Assembly (NCBI GenBank): GCA_963729625.1
Contig: CAVSOU010000010.1
Location: 1,280,001 to 1,344,000 of the forward strand
From: an uncultured bacterium
Lineage (GTDB): Bacteria > Chloroflexota > UBA5177 > JANWHV01
Direction of reading: 5' to 3'
Length of the DNA stretch: 64,000 nucleotides
Shown: piece after piece, positions 41,221 to 50,841 of the stretch
How the letters are laid out: each line of letters starts with the position of its first letter
Position numbering within the stretch: the stretch's first letter is position 1
Made by a program: the position numbers and the translations under genes
Notes under the pieces: model-generated
What the model was told of the DNA's origin: nothing
The model's database searches: none
Seen by the model: the letters and a program-made list of their open reading frames with translations, nothing else

Positions 41221-43296
41221 TCAGGCGTGGTGCTGGGCCACGATAGTACCCTTATCGCCTACCGCGACGCACGTGTTGCCGTGGCAGCTGATGCCATTCA
41301 GCCCGTTCCCGGTGCCAGAAGTCTGGCTGTGCCAGGTCGTGCCCCCATCGGTAGTGGCCACGACGGCGCCCTGCTGGGCCACCGCAGAGCAGGTGCCAAC
41401 GGACGCGCAGCTGATGCCATTCAGCCCGTTCCCCGTGCCGGAGGTCTGGCTGTGCCAGGTCGTGCCCCCATCGGTAGTGGCCACGATGGCGCCCTGCTGG
41501 CCCACCGCGTAGCACGTAGCAACGGCCGGGCAGCTGATGCCATTCAGCCCGTTTGAGGTGCCTGAGATCTGGCCATGCCAGGTCTCACCGCCATCTGAAG
41601 TGGTCAAGATAATGCCCTGCTGGCCCACTGCGTAGCAGGTTGCAACGGCCGGGCAGCTGATGCCATTCATCCCGTTGCCGATGCCTGAGATCTGGCCCTG
41701 CCAGGTTGTGCCGCCATCGGTAGTAGCTACGATGGTGCCGTGCTGGCCTACTGCGTAGCACATGGTGGTCGGACAGCTGATGCCTCGCAGTCCGTTACCG
41801 GTGCCGGAGGTCTGGCTGTGCCAGGTCGTGCCCCCATCGGCAGTTGCCACGATAGTACCTTGCTGGCCCACCGCATAGCACGTAGTAGCGGCCGGGCAGC
41901 TAATGGCATTCAGCCCGTTGCCGGTGCCAGAGATCTGGCCGTGCCAGGTCGCGCCTCCATCGGCGGTGGCCTGTATGGTGCCGTTTTCGCCTACCGCATG
42001 GCAGGAGCCAACTCCAGAGCAGGTTATGGCAGACATGCGCAGGGCAATTCCCAAGTACGTTACCGGATAGGATCCGGCCTGAGCTGTCGGCTTGGGTGCA
42101 GCACTTTTCCCGCCCCCGCTGCTGCGCAGCAGCTCACCACCACCAGCCAAAGCCAGTAGCCCGGCGACAACCAGGAGCACGATGGCATACCGCGGGAGCT
42201 TCGGTCGAGGGCGTGTACCTGCCGGTGGCGCTTCCCGCGCGGCAACGGGTGGTGAGCTGGTCTCCTCGGCCAACACTACCGGTGAGGGCGAGGCTGGTAC
42301 CGGTTGAATCGACGCTTTAACCGAGTGTGGCGCATCCTGCGCAGCCACGGGTGATGCGGCGGCCTGCTCGGCTGTGACCGCCGGCGAGGGCGAGGCTGGT
42401 ACCGGTTGAATCGGCGCTCCAGCATAGGAAGGCCGCGCAGGTGGGGCGACGGCAGTCGGTTGCACGGCAGACTTGCCGAACTGGCCGGCTTCCTGCAAGG
42501 CCGCAATCAGCGCTGTTGCGGTGGGGTAACGGTCCTCGGGCGCCTTGGACAAGCCCTTGAGCAGAACCTCCTCGATGGCAGCCAGCAGGCTCGGATTCAC
42601 GGCACGCGGCAGCGGAAGCGGCTTGTGCACGTGGGCCAGCACGACTGCCAGCGGCGTGTCGCCGCTGAAGGGCACTTTGCCTGTCAGCATCTCGTAGGCA
42701 ACCACGGCCAGCGCATACCGGTCGGAGGCAGGGCCAACCTCCTCGCCCATGCCTTGCTCGGGCGCCATGTATTCGGGTGTGCCCACCGTAATCCCGGTGC
42801 TCGTGAGGCGCGACAGCGCTCCCACGATCTTGGCCAGGCCGAAGTCGGAAAGCACCGGCATGCCGTCACGGGCCAGCAGTATGTTGGAAGGCTTGATGTC
42901 GCGGTGCACTATGCCGCGCGCATGCGCGTAATCGATGGCCGCGGCGACTGGACGCAGGATGTCAAGCGTGTAGTCGAGTGGGAGCGGCGCTCCAAGCTGC
43001 TCGGCCAGCGTTCCGCCGTCGACGAACTCGCTGACAAGGTAGGTGATACCGCTCTCCTCGCCATAGTCGAACACGACCAGGATATTGGGGTGGCGCAGCT
43101 TTGCCACTGCGATCGCCTCCTGCTGGAAGCGCTCACGAAACCCTGCGTCGTCGGCGAAGAAGGCAGGCAGCACCTTGACGGCAACAAAGCGGGCCAGCGA
43201 CGCATGATAGGCCTTGTACACCGTTGCCATGCCGCCGCGCCCCACCTGCTCGATAATGCGGTAGGGTCCGATCGTGGCGCCGGGCGCCATGCTCAT
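41221..43296 (-). CDS. Transmembrane Hanks-type Ser/Thr kinase with 7-bladed Asp-box/Cys beta-propeller
   Basis: GRGGMATVY, VAVK, HRDIKPSN, DFG and APE are all canonical. TM followed by seven 41-aa repeats. ATGA overlap with the cyclase gene. Confidence 0.92.
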   Translation of the reverse strand: MSMAPGATIGPYRIIEQVGRGGMATVYKAYHASLARFVAVKVLPAFFADDAGFRERFQQEAIAVAKLRHPNILVVFDYGEESGITYLVSEFVDGGTLAEQLGAPLPLDYTLDILRPVAAAIDYAHARGIVHRDIKPSNILLARDGMPVLSDFGLAKIVGALSRLTSTGITVGTPEYMAPEQGMGEEVGPASDRYALAVVAYEMLTGKVPFSGDTPLAVVLAHVHKPLPLPRAVNPSLLAAIEEVLLKGLSKAPEDRYPTATALIAALQEAGQFGKSAVQPTAVAPPARPSYAGAPIQPVPASPSPAVTAEQAAASPVAAQDAPHSVKASIQPVPASPSPVVLAEETSSPPVAAREAPPAGTRPRPKLPRYAIVLLVVAGLLALAGGGELLRSSGGGKSAAPKPTAQAGSYPVTYLGIALRMSAITCSGVGSCHAVGENGTIQATADGGATWHGQISGTGNGLNAISCPAATTCYAVGQQGTIVATADGGTTWHSQTSGTGNGLRGISCPTTMCYAVGQHGTIVATTDGGTTWQGQISGIGNGMNGISCPAVATCYAVGQQGIILTTSDGGETWHGQISGTSNGLNGISCPAVATCYAVGQQGAIVATTDGGTTWHSQTSGTGNGLNGISCASVGTCSAVAQQGAVVATTDGGTTWHSQTSGTGNGLNGISCHGNTCVAVGDKGTIVAQHHA
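41230..42035 (-). repeat. 123-bp tandem repeats encoding propeller blades
   Basis: GCAGCTGATGCC-type anchor at 41284, 41407, 41530, 41653, 41773 and 41896. Unit LNGISCP....CYAVGQQG.I..T.DGG.TW..Q.SGTGNG. Confidence 0.9.
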
Positions 43297-44360
43297 CCGT
43301 CGATCCCTTCGATCGCGTAAGCCTCGACCGGAGTTTTTCGTCCCTTCACGGTCAGCTGTCCGAGCGGACTGGCCCGCAATCCTGCCCCGGCCGCCTTCAG
43401 CACGGCTGCCGAGCAAATGATGCCGCCCGCCGGCGCGGCGCTTTGCAGGCGCGCGGCCACATTGACTGTATCGCCAATCGCCGTGTAGCACTGATACTGT
43501 TCGCTGCCCAGGTTTCCTACTATCGCCTCACCCGTATGCAGGCCGACCCCGTATTCCAGGTCCCGGCCGACTGCCTGCGTGGCCTGCTGAAAGGCAAGAG
43601 CACCCCGTACCGCCAGTCGCACATGATCCGCCTTCGGGGCGGGCGCGTTCCAGAGCGCCAGGATGGCATCGCCAATGTAGCGATCGATCGTGGCACCCTC
43701 GGCGCCCAACGCTGCTACCGCGGCACCGTGGTAACGTAGCAGCAGCCGCGAGACCGTCTCGGGCTCCTCCGCCTCGGCAAAGGTGGTATAGCCGCGCACG
43801 TCGGCATGCAGCACGCTGACGACCTGGCGCACGCCGCCTACGCCGATGAACGAGGGTCGATTGGCGACTTGTTCGGCAACCGCGCTGCCGAGGTAGCGAC
43901 TCAGGGCGTCGCGCAGTCGTGCTTCCTTCGCTCCTGCCGGATCATTTGGGCTGGGACGCGCCTGCGCATCCAGCTCTTCGGCGACGAAGAAGACCCCAGC
44001 CAAAGCGCCCGCATCGTCGCACAGTGGCCCAGCATTAGCACGCAGCTTGGCACGGCGGCCATCAGGCAGAGTCGCGGTCAGGGTGTGCGCGGCCGCGCTT
44101 CCCGCGCGAGACGCGAGGATGTAGAGGCGAAGCATACGATGCGCCAACGAGGGGCCGAACACGTCAGGATAGAGGCACCCGATCGCGCTCTCTGCTCGAA
44201 TACCGAAGAGCTGCTCGGCAACGACGTTCAGCATGGTGATTCTGCCTGCCGTGTCCATGGCCACCACGGCCGTGGGCGCGGCGTGCAACATTGCCAGGTT
44301 GATTCCAGCTGCGACGGCCGCCTGTGAGGCGACCACTCCTATACCTGTAACGGCTTCCAT
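43293..44360 (-). CDS. PAS + class III adenylate/guanylate cyclase
   Basis: N-terminal PAS. LHADVRGYT, IDRYIGDA, GLHTGEAIVGNLG, YTAIGDTVNVAARL, TVKGR. Confidence 0.9.
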   Translation of the reverse strand: MEAVTGIGVVASQAAVAAGINLAMLHAAPTAVVAMDTAGRITMLNVVAEQLFGIRAESAIGCLYPDVFGPSLAHRMLRLYILASRAGSAAAHTLTATLPDGRRAKLRANAGPLCDDAGALAGVFFVAEELDAQARPSPNDPAGAKEARLRDALSRYLGSAVAEQVANRPSFIGVGGVRQVVSVLHADVRGYTTFAEAEEPETVSRLLLRYHGAAVAALGAEGATIDRYIGDAILALWNAPAPKADHVRLAVRGALAFQQATQAVGRDLEYGVGLHTGEAIVGNLGSEQYQCYTAIGDTVNVAARLQSAAPAGGIICSAAVLKAAGAGLRASPLGQLTVKGRKTPVEAYAIEGIDG

Positions 44361-44560
44361 GACACGGTGCCTCTCCCGGCAGAGCAAGTATGGTGAACCT
44401 ACGCCCGGGTCTTGCCGCGACCGGCCTGACGCGCTCGCTTCCGCACGTGTCTATCTTCGCACAAAATCAACGCGTGCGCCTGGCTTCCACGCCCTGAATG
44501 GGCAGTGCGACTCGAGACTACAGTGCTCCGCCAGGCATCGGCCATCTAGTAGTCAGTGTA

Positions 44561-44590
44561 TCGTGGGTTCGAGTCCCACCACCGTTACCC
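44561..44590 (+). other. tRNA 3'-end-like fragment (T-arm plus acceptor strand), possible att remnant
   Basis: GTGGG-TTCGAGT-CCCAC followed by CACCGTT-A-CCC. No matching 5' half upstream. Confidence 0.45.
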
Positions 44591-44636
44591 GCCAAGAGGC
44601 CAGCACGAAGCCACCATGTCACTGTTACAACTGCCA

Positions 44637-47600
44637 TCAGCTGGAACGAATCTCGACACCCTGTTGACTGGCTGCGACGATGTTGCCGAGCAAGTTCGCC
44701 GAGTCGGTTATGGGAATCGAGATCGCCGGGCCAGTGAGACTGGAGAACGAACAAGAGGCAATAGACGGCCTGCTAGTGTCGTCTGCCCAGATGCCATCAC
44801 CTTGCGACTGGGCAAAGACACTATCCGTGATCGTTGGATTGGCCCCTCGCACGACAGAGAGCACGCCTTCACCGGCTCCGCCGAAACCGCCAAAGGAGAC
44901 CTGCACGTGGCTTAGGATGGACTTTCCGCCGCTGGCTCCGTCCAGGATTATGTTCTGCCAGTCGCCCGCAGCGGGCCGCGAGCTGTTGCTCGTCACCACG
45001 ATGGGCGCATCGGCGCTGCCCAGGGCCCGCAAACCGCCCTCCACATGAAATGTTGCTCCGCGTGCCATCCTAAGCTCAACCCCTGGTTCGATCGACAGTG
45101 TCACATCCGCACTCACCAGTGCGCCATCCACAATGAGCGGTGCGTGCTGAAAGCGCCAGGTGGCGTCATGCCGCATAGGCGTGTCCCGCACCTCGATGCC
45201 CTGTTGATTTGGTCCCGCCGACGTCCCGGTAACGAACCTCATGCCGTCTACGGGAACCGAGATGGCCACCGCACCGCCTCCGGCGAATGCACAGTTGCTG
45301 ATCGTGGGTCTGCTATGGTCGTCAGCCCATATCGCGACGCTCTTCGCCTGCGCAAACACACTGTTACTGATTGCCGGAGCCGCTCCGGCGATCGCCGACA
45401 GCATTCCGTCGCCAGAACCATGGCTCCCGTAGGAAAGCCACACGTGGTTGAGAATGGACTCGTTGGTCCCCGTGCCGACGAAGTCTATGGCTTTCCAGTC
45501 GCCAGGAGCCGGATCATCTTCGTCGCTGGTAAGAATGATCGGCGTAGCCTCGCTACCCTGAGCCACCAGGGTGCCTGCGACGCTGAATGTCGCTCCCGAG
45601 GCCATTCGAATGACCGTGCCCCGATCAATCTTCAACGTGACGCCGGAGTTCAATGTGCCGCCGTCCAGCACGAAGGGCGCGTCCTGCGCATGCCAGGTGC
45701 CGTCATGCGTAATGTCCGTGCTGCGCACCTCTATGCCGATCTGGTTTTCGCCCAGCACGGAGCCGGCCACTTGGGCTGCGCCGTCCGCAGGCACGGAGAT
45801 TGCCGAACCGGCATCGTCGGCAAACACACAGTTGCTGATGGCAGGGCGACTGGCGTCATCCGCCCAAATCCCGCCCGACCTCCCATGGGCAAATACGGTG
45901 TGGCTAACAGTTGGCGTCGCTCCATCGATCACCGACAACATGCCGCCACTGGCGCCGCTCGCACCACCGTAATACACGTCTACATTCTCGAGCACGCTGC
46001 TGCTGGCACCGGCGCCGTCCAGCACGATATCGTCCCAATTTCCGGCCTCTGGTTGCGCACTCTGGCTCGTAATGATGATCGGTGCGCTGGAGCTGCTCGC
46101 GGCACGCAGAGTGCCCTGGATGTGGAGACTTGCCGCGGTTGCCATGCGGATCACAGTGCCTGGTGCTATCATAAGGGCCGCACCGTCGTCTACTGTGGCG
46201 CCGTCGAGCACGTAGGGCGCATCCTGCTGCTGCCACACGGTGGAATGGCCAACAACCGTGTCGCGAATCTCGATCCCGTTCTGGGCGGCGCCGAGCTCGG
46301 TGCCGGTCACGAACCCCGCTTCCTCAGCTGAAACGGACACGGCGAATACCGCGTCCGCGCCGAAGACACAGTCACTGATCGTGGGCCGGCTAGAATCGTC
46401 GACCCAGACGCCATCCGACTGGGCCTGTGAGAACACGCTCTGTCCAATCGTCGGGCTGGCCCCACCAGTTACTGAGAGTATCCCCGCTTCACCTCCGCGC
46501 CCGCTGCCATAAAAAGCCTGGACGTACTCCAGCACGCTTCCGCTGGCTGCCGCACCCGCGATGCTGATTGCGTGCCAATCGCCCGGCCGCGGCACTTCCG
46601 CGGCACTGGTGAAGATGATCGGCGATGCGGCATTGCCCTCTGCCAGGAGGGTCCCGTTCACGCCAAGTGACGTGCCGATACTCATCTTGATCACTGTGCC
46701 GGGCGCGATCGTCAGCGTCGCGCTTGTAGGGACCGTCACGCTGCTCGGCACATATACCACTCCCGACCAACGTGCTTGCACCGGGTTGGTTGCGGTCATG
46801 GTTGCGGTCGCGCCGACCGGGGGGAGGGCAATCTGCGCCGGAGGAGGCTGCGGTAGGTTCAGCACTGGGTGGGCTGGTGGTGGCAAAGGAAGGTTCAATA
46901 CAGGCGGAACAGTGGTAGGAGCGCTGTTCGGCACATTGTTCACCCAGGACACAACTCCGCCAAGACTCACAGCCTGAGGTTGCTGAGGTACCCCGCTTGC
47001 GAGCACGACGCTCTGCTCGCCGGTGCCGACAAGCACGCTCTTACCGTTGCTGGTGACCTGCACTTCGCCCTCGATGACCGTCACGACTGCAGCGTTGGTC
47101 TTGGGATCCAGTCTCACATCCAGGCGCGTGCCCCTGGTGGCCGCCACTGCCGTGCCGGCCTGAATCTGATGGCTCACGGCGCCATGAACTAACTCTAGGA
47201 ATAGCTCGCCGCGCGAAAGGGTGAGATGGAGTGGATCCTTGATTACTACGTCAGTATTCCCGTTGAGGTCGACCAATGAGCCGTCGCGGAGTGCGAGCGA
47301 CGCAAACTGCCCCGCGTCAGTGATAGCGTGGTAGCGGTCCAACAGGTCGGTGCCAACTCTCCCCGGAAGGGACTGGGCACGTGGCGGCTGAACGAGCATA
47401 CCAACCTTGATGGCGGCAACCGTCGCGGGCGGGCCAGGAACCACCGGAACGCTCAGCCTGGCCGTTGCATAGCCGCGGCTCTCGGCTTGCACCAGCATGC
47501 TGCCGGACGCAACGGCGTGAACCTCAATCTTGAGCACGCCGCGTGGTGCGGTGCCCACGATCGGCAGGCCAATCCCGGTGGCCGAGATCACAGCCCCGGG

Positions 47601-47828
47601 AACTGGCCGATTTGCTGCGTCGGTGACTCGTACTGCGAGCGTCACGTCACGGCCAAGTTTTACTTCGGCAGGCTGGACGTTGATGCGAAGGATCCGTGTA
47701 CCGGACCCTGTTGTAGCGGCGCCAGACTCAGCCACCGCGGCTTGAACCGGTGCCGATCTGGCTGAAGTCAACGGGATATGTCCAACGAGCAACACAGCCA
47801 GCACCAGGCCAAGACGGAGCAAGCGCAC
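44637..47828 (-). CDS. Secreted Ig-like + FecR + Pro linker + four ~180-aa beta-helix repeats (~1063 aa), paralogue A
   Basis: GGAGG RBS, GTG start and signal peptide. LRDGSLVDL, RGTRLDV, VTVIEGEVQV (FecR). Repeats PIIFTS...PGDW..I...YG...SVFAQA. Confidence 0.85.
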   Translation of the reverse strand: MRLLRLGLVLAVLLVGHIPLTSARSAPVQAAVAESGAATTGSGTRILRINVQPAEVKLGRDVTLAVRVTDAANRPVPGAVISATGIGLPIVGTAPRGVLKIEVHAVASGSMLVQAESRGYATARLSVPVVPGPPATVAAIKVGMLVQPPRAQSLPGRVGTDLLDRYHAITDAGQFASLALRDGSLVDLNGNTDVVIKDPLHLTLSRGELFLELVHGAVSHQIQAGTAVAATRGTRLDVRLDPKTNAAVVTVIEGEVQVTSNGKSVLVGTGEQSVVLASGVPQQPQAVSLGGVVSWVNNVPNSAPTTVPPVLNLPLPPPAHPVLNLPQPPPAQIALPPVGATATMTATNPVQARWSGVVYVPSSVTVPTSATLTIAPGTVIKMSIGTSLGVNGTLLAEGNAASPIIFTSAAEVPRPGDWHAISIAGAAASGSVLEYVQAFYGSGRGGEAGILSVTGGASPTIGQSVFSQAQSDGVWVDDSSRPTISDCVFGADAVFAVSVSAEEAGFVTGTELGAAQNGIEIRDTVVGHSTVWQQQDAPYVLDGATVDDGAALMIAPGTVIRMATAASLHIQGTLRAASSSSAPIIITSQSAQPEAGNWDDIVLDGAGASSSVLENVDVYYGGASGASGGMLSVIDGATPTVSHTVFAHGRSGGIWADDASRPAISNCVFADDAGSAISVPADGAAQVAGSVLGENQIGIEVRSTDITHDGTWHAQDAPFVLDGGTLNSGVTLKIDRGTVIRMASGATFSVAGTLVAQGSEATPIILTSDEDDPAPGDWKAIDFVGTGTNESILNHVWLSYGSHGSGDGMLSAIAGAAPAISNSVFAQAKSVAIWADDHSRPTISNCAFAGGGAVAISVPVDGMRFVTGTSAGPNQQGIEVRDTPMRHDATWRFQHAPLIVDGALVSADVTLSIEPGVELRMARGATFHVEGGLRALGSADAPIVVTSNSSRPAAGDWQNIILDGASGGKSILSHVQVSFGGFGGAGEGVLSVVRGANPTITDSVFAQSQGDGIWADDTSRPSIASCSFSSLTGPAISIPITDSANLLGNIVAASQQGVEIRSS

Positions 47829-48351
47829 TATCTCTACCTCCAAGGAAGGCCTGCTGACATGGAGCAAGGCTGGTCATCTACGTGCCACGTCGGCTATCTC
47901 GTGGGTCAGGGGGTTGACCTCAAGCTAAGGGGCTCGAACCTACGTGTCAAGTTGGGCGTCTATTTGGTGGATGCGCCAACCCTGACAGCAGTGATCAGCC
48001 GAGAGAGTTTGTCATGGCGTTGTGTGCAGCGCGCCCACCTGGAGTCCCAGAGCGCGTGCCTGCCCGAGCATCGGCGACCAACGTCTCGCACGCGGGATCG
48101 GCGAACGGTCCGTTATGGTTCGGCCAAGCCGACGTCACCCAATGACGCGCAGGGTAGGGCGTAGCCACGGCAGGGTTGGGCGGTCTGCATCAGACCGGTA
48201 TTCCAGACATAGCCCCATCGACGGCGCCGCTCAACTCGCGGGCACCCTGACACGTGAACACGCCGCAGAGCCTGGCTGCGCTGACCACGCGGGTTTCGCA
48301 CGCCGTGAGACGTAGCCTGCGTCTACGGGATGCAGATCGCTGCGAACGCGC

Positions 48352-49227
48352 TCAGGCGTGAGACAGAACCTTCTTCCCCGTTGTGCCTGTCCGCACCAGC
48401 ATCATGGTTGCCGCTTGATCGTGATCCAGTCGCTCCGCCACGGATCGCGATGCCCAGCCGGTCAGTTGCGTGCTCCCGCGAGTCGCAAGCACGACCAACT
48501 GCCCGCTGTGGCTCACAGATTGGATCTCTGCCGTGGGATCCCCCAGGACCACCCGGCACTCTCCCACGGTTATCCCTTGCGCAGCCAGCCGCTGCGAGAT
48601 CGACTCGAGGTATTGCTGCGCGGCCGCTCGCTCTGCTTCTCTCCCAATCACCCGTATCAGAGTTACGTCGTGTGCGATTGGTGCGAGGGATACGGCAACC
48701 GGCAGTGCGTCCTCATGCTCGGGCGAGCCATCCAGAGGTACCAGCACGTGCTCGAGGGAGATGGGAGCGCTGGAAGCGTGCACCAGGAGGATCGGCGCCG
48801 TCCCATGGCGCAGCACACGTTCGGCTACAGACCCGAATGCGAAGCGCGCCAGTCCACTGCGACCGTGGGTGCTCATGACAACCATATCGATACCTTCATC
48901 GCGCACATACTTGATAAGCGCCGATGCGACGTGGTGTCCATGTTCTTTCAGAGTGGCCGTTCGTCCGGCAACCCCGTTCTTGGCGAGGCGCTGGCACACT
49001 GCGTCCAGGTAGTCTGAGGCCGCTCGCACGTCACCCTCTAGGAGGTCGTTGCAGGCGTCCTGTGGAACATATGCCGCCCCGCCCACCGTCATTCGGGCAG
49101 CAGGCAAGCGCACCACACGGACGAGATCAATAGTTGCACCGTTCGCCTTGGCCATTTGATCGGCGATCGGGAGCGCGCATTCGGCTAGCTCTGAGCCATC
49201 TAGAGGAACCATCAGGTGGTGAAACAT
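48352..49227 (-). CDS. Tandem-domain universal stress protein
   Basis: VPLDGS twice, MSTHGRSGL...GSVAERVLR. AAGGAG RBS. Confidence 0.92.
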   Translation of the reverse strand: MFHHLMVPLDGSELAECALPIADQMAKANGATIDLVRVVRLPAARMTVGGAAYVPQDACNDLLEGDVRAASDYLDAVCQRLAKNGVAGRTATLKEHGHHVASALIKYVRDEGIDMVVMSTHGRSGLARFAFGSVAERVLRHGTAPILLVHASSAPISLEHVLVPLDGSPEHEDALPVAVSLAPIAHDVTLIRVIGREAERAAAQQYLESISQRLAAQGITVGECRVVLGDPTAEIQSVSHSGQLVVLATRGSTQLTGWASRSVAERLDHDQAATMMLVRTGTTGKKVLSHA

Positions 49228-49485
49228 GATCTGCTCTCCTTTCTTGCTGCATCGCAGCCCGTAGCTGCTTAAGAAGCGAACGCAGCTTGCGGCTCACCGC
49301 ACGGCGTTCGCCGACTATTCGAGCGTCAAGTCAGCTGCCTCCAATCGCTTTATGGTCTGCCTCCAAGACCGTCGTACGCCTGTCGGGCGTGAATATGAAG
49401 GGCCGACCGTCACTGTCGTGACGCTAAACGTCACAATGTGTACGATAGTGGCTGCCATCAATGACTTCGAGCCAAGCGTACCTGC

Positions 49486-50520
49486 CTAACCCTGAGCCCG
49501 CCAGACCGCGGCAAAGTGTTTCGTCAGGTCCAGATACTGCGTGCCGTAGTGAATGCTGGGTTCGATGGTGTTGCCAAGATACCACTGGTTGAAGCTGCTG
49601 ATTGTGATCCACGCGGGCTTGCTGGCGATCGCTGCCTGCCAGCTCAAGGTGTATGTGGCTCCGTTGTCCCGCGGCACCACCAGCGGCTGGGGTTTCTGGC
49701 TATCGTTATAGCCCGGCAGCACGCCCGCGATCCAGAGTTTCTTCGTGCCGTGCGCCTGGTTGTACGCGTCGACCTTGGCGCGGAAGTTCTGGTAGAGCAT
49801 GATCATGTCGTGCTGGGTGATCCCCCAGTAGCCGGCTCCGACGAGGTGCATGCTGTCGAAGGTGTCGTCCAGCACAGTCACCTCGATAGTGTCCAGCGAC
49901 CAGAACGTCTTGCGCTGGGGATCGACCTGCTTGCGAATTGCTGCCCAGGTGGCCTGCGTGCGCCCGCCGCCAAAAGCGTCCCAGATGAAGAATACCGGCT
50001 TCCCCTGCCAGTGGAAGTAGGTGGATCGCGCGGTGTACGAAGCGATCGCGTAGTGGAGTTGCTGCTCGATGCGCGACTCGGTCTGCAGCAATGCGCCATC
50101 ATCTTCCAGCTGAATCGCAAGCACGAACTGCGTGCCGGTCTTCTTGTTCCACGCGGCGACGCGGTCCAGCATCGTGGCGAAATTGCTGTCCTCGGAGCTC
50201 CCCTTCCCCCACCAGGAGACGATGAAGCCCGTGACGCCGGCCCGCGATGCTTCGGCTATCTGGTCGTCAATGACCTTCGCATCATTCGAGCTGTACCTGG
50301 TGGCAGGCAAGTCGGACATCGTACAGGAGCACCAGCTCGACCGCGTGTACCAGGGGTAGTAGAAGGCAAGAACCGGCCGTTCAACGCCCGCCGCCGCGGC
50401 GTGCGGGAGCGCGGCCCCCGGCAGGGTCCCAAGCGTGAGCAGCAGCGCAAGAATGGCGATCCACAGCCTGCCAGGCTGCAAGGTATACACGGTACGAGTG
50501 GACGCATCGGCGTGAGTCAT
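49486..50520 (-). CDS. Secreted GH99/GH71-like protein lacking the catalytic glutamates
   Basis: Signal peptide. VLAFYYPWY, GFIVSWWG, GKPVFF, PGYND. SFNQWYLGNTIEP in place of SFNEWxEG. Confidence 0.8.
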   Translation of the reverse strand: MTHADASTRTVYTLQPGRLWIAILALLLTLGTLPGAALPHAAAAGVERPVLAFYYPWYTRSSWCSCTMSDLPATRYSSNDAKVIDDQIAEASRAGVTGFIVSWWGKGSSEDSNFATMLDRVAAWNKKTGTQFVLAIQLEDDGALLQTESRIEQQLHYAIASYTARSTYFHWQGKPVFFIWDAFGGGRTQATWAAIRKQVDPQRKTFWSLDTIEVTVLDDTFDSMHLVGAGYWGITQHDMIMLYQNFRAKVDAYNQAHGTKKLWIAGVLPGYNDSQKPQPLVVPRDNGATYTLSWQAAIASKPAWITISSFNQWYLGNTIEPSIHYGTQYLDLTKHFAAVWRAQG

Positions 50521-50841
50521 CGGCTTTTCCCCTCCAATATCCGAGTGTATCGCCCAGGCGATGGTTGCAGTTTGACTGGTACCGTCGAGATCGTACGCTG
50601 TGCTTCCCGGGTTTCCAGACCAATCCGGCAATCGTGCTCCGGGCCGCGGCGCGTATTGCCTGACTCGGATCCCCACGAGACCGCCGCTGCGCGGCAGGTT
50701 GGCGCAGGTTGCCGGAATCTGCCTATCTTGACAGCAACGGCCTCGGCATGTAGGGTAAGATGTTGCCCTGGAACGGCGTGCACCGCCTCTCACATCCTCA
50801 TGTGCAACGGGCGCACGTTCACTGCCAGTCTGGAGGCCGAC

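Noticed and set aside
41230-42035. Regular repeats as a possible CRISPR array
   Set aside because: The 123-bp period is a multiple of three, the repeats are in-frame coding with no unique spacers, and there are no cas genes.
44480-44595. Complete tRNA or tmRNA gene
   Set aside because: Only the T-arm and 3' acceptor strand are present. I could not fold a 5' acceptor strand, D-arm or anticodon arm.
47914-47946. SoxR/MerR-type promoter (TTGACCTCAAG)
   Set aside because: Only the left half-site matches, there is no dyad partner or properly spaced -10, and no plus-strand gene follows.
49516-50841. 5' extension making paralogue B a 1495-aa ORF
   Set aside because: It is the antisense shadow of the GH99-like gene. 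The RBS, signal peptide and paralogue alignment place the start at 50842.
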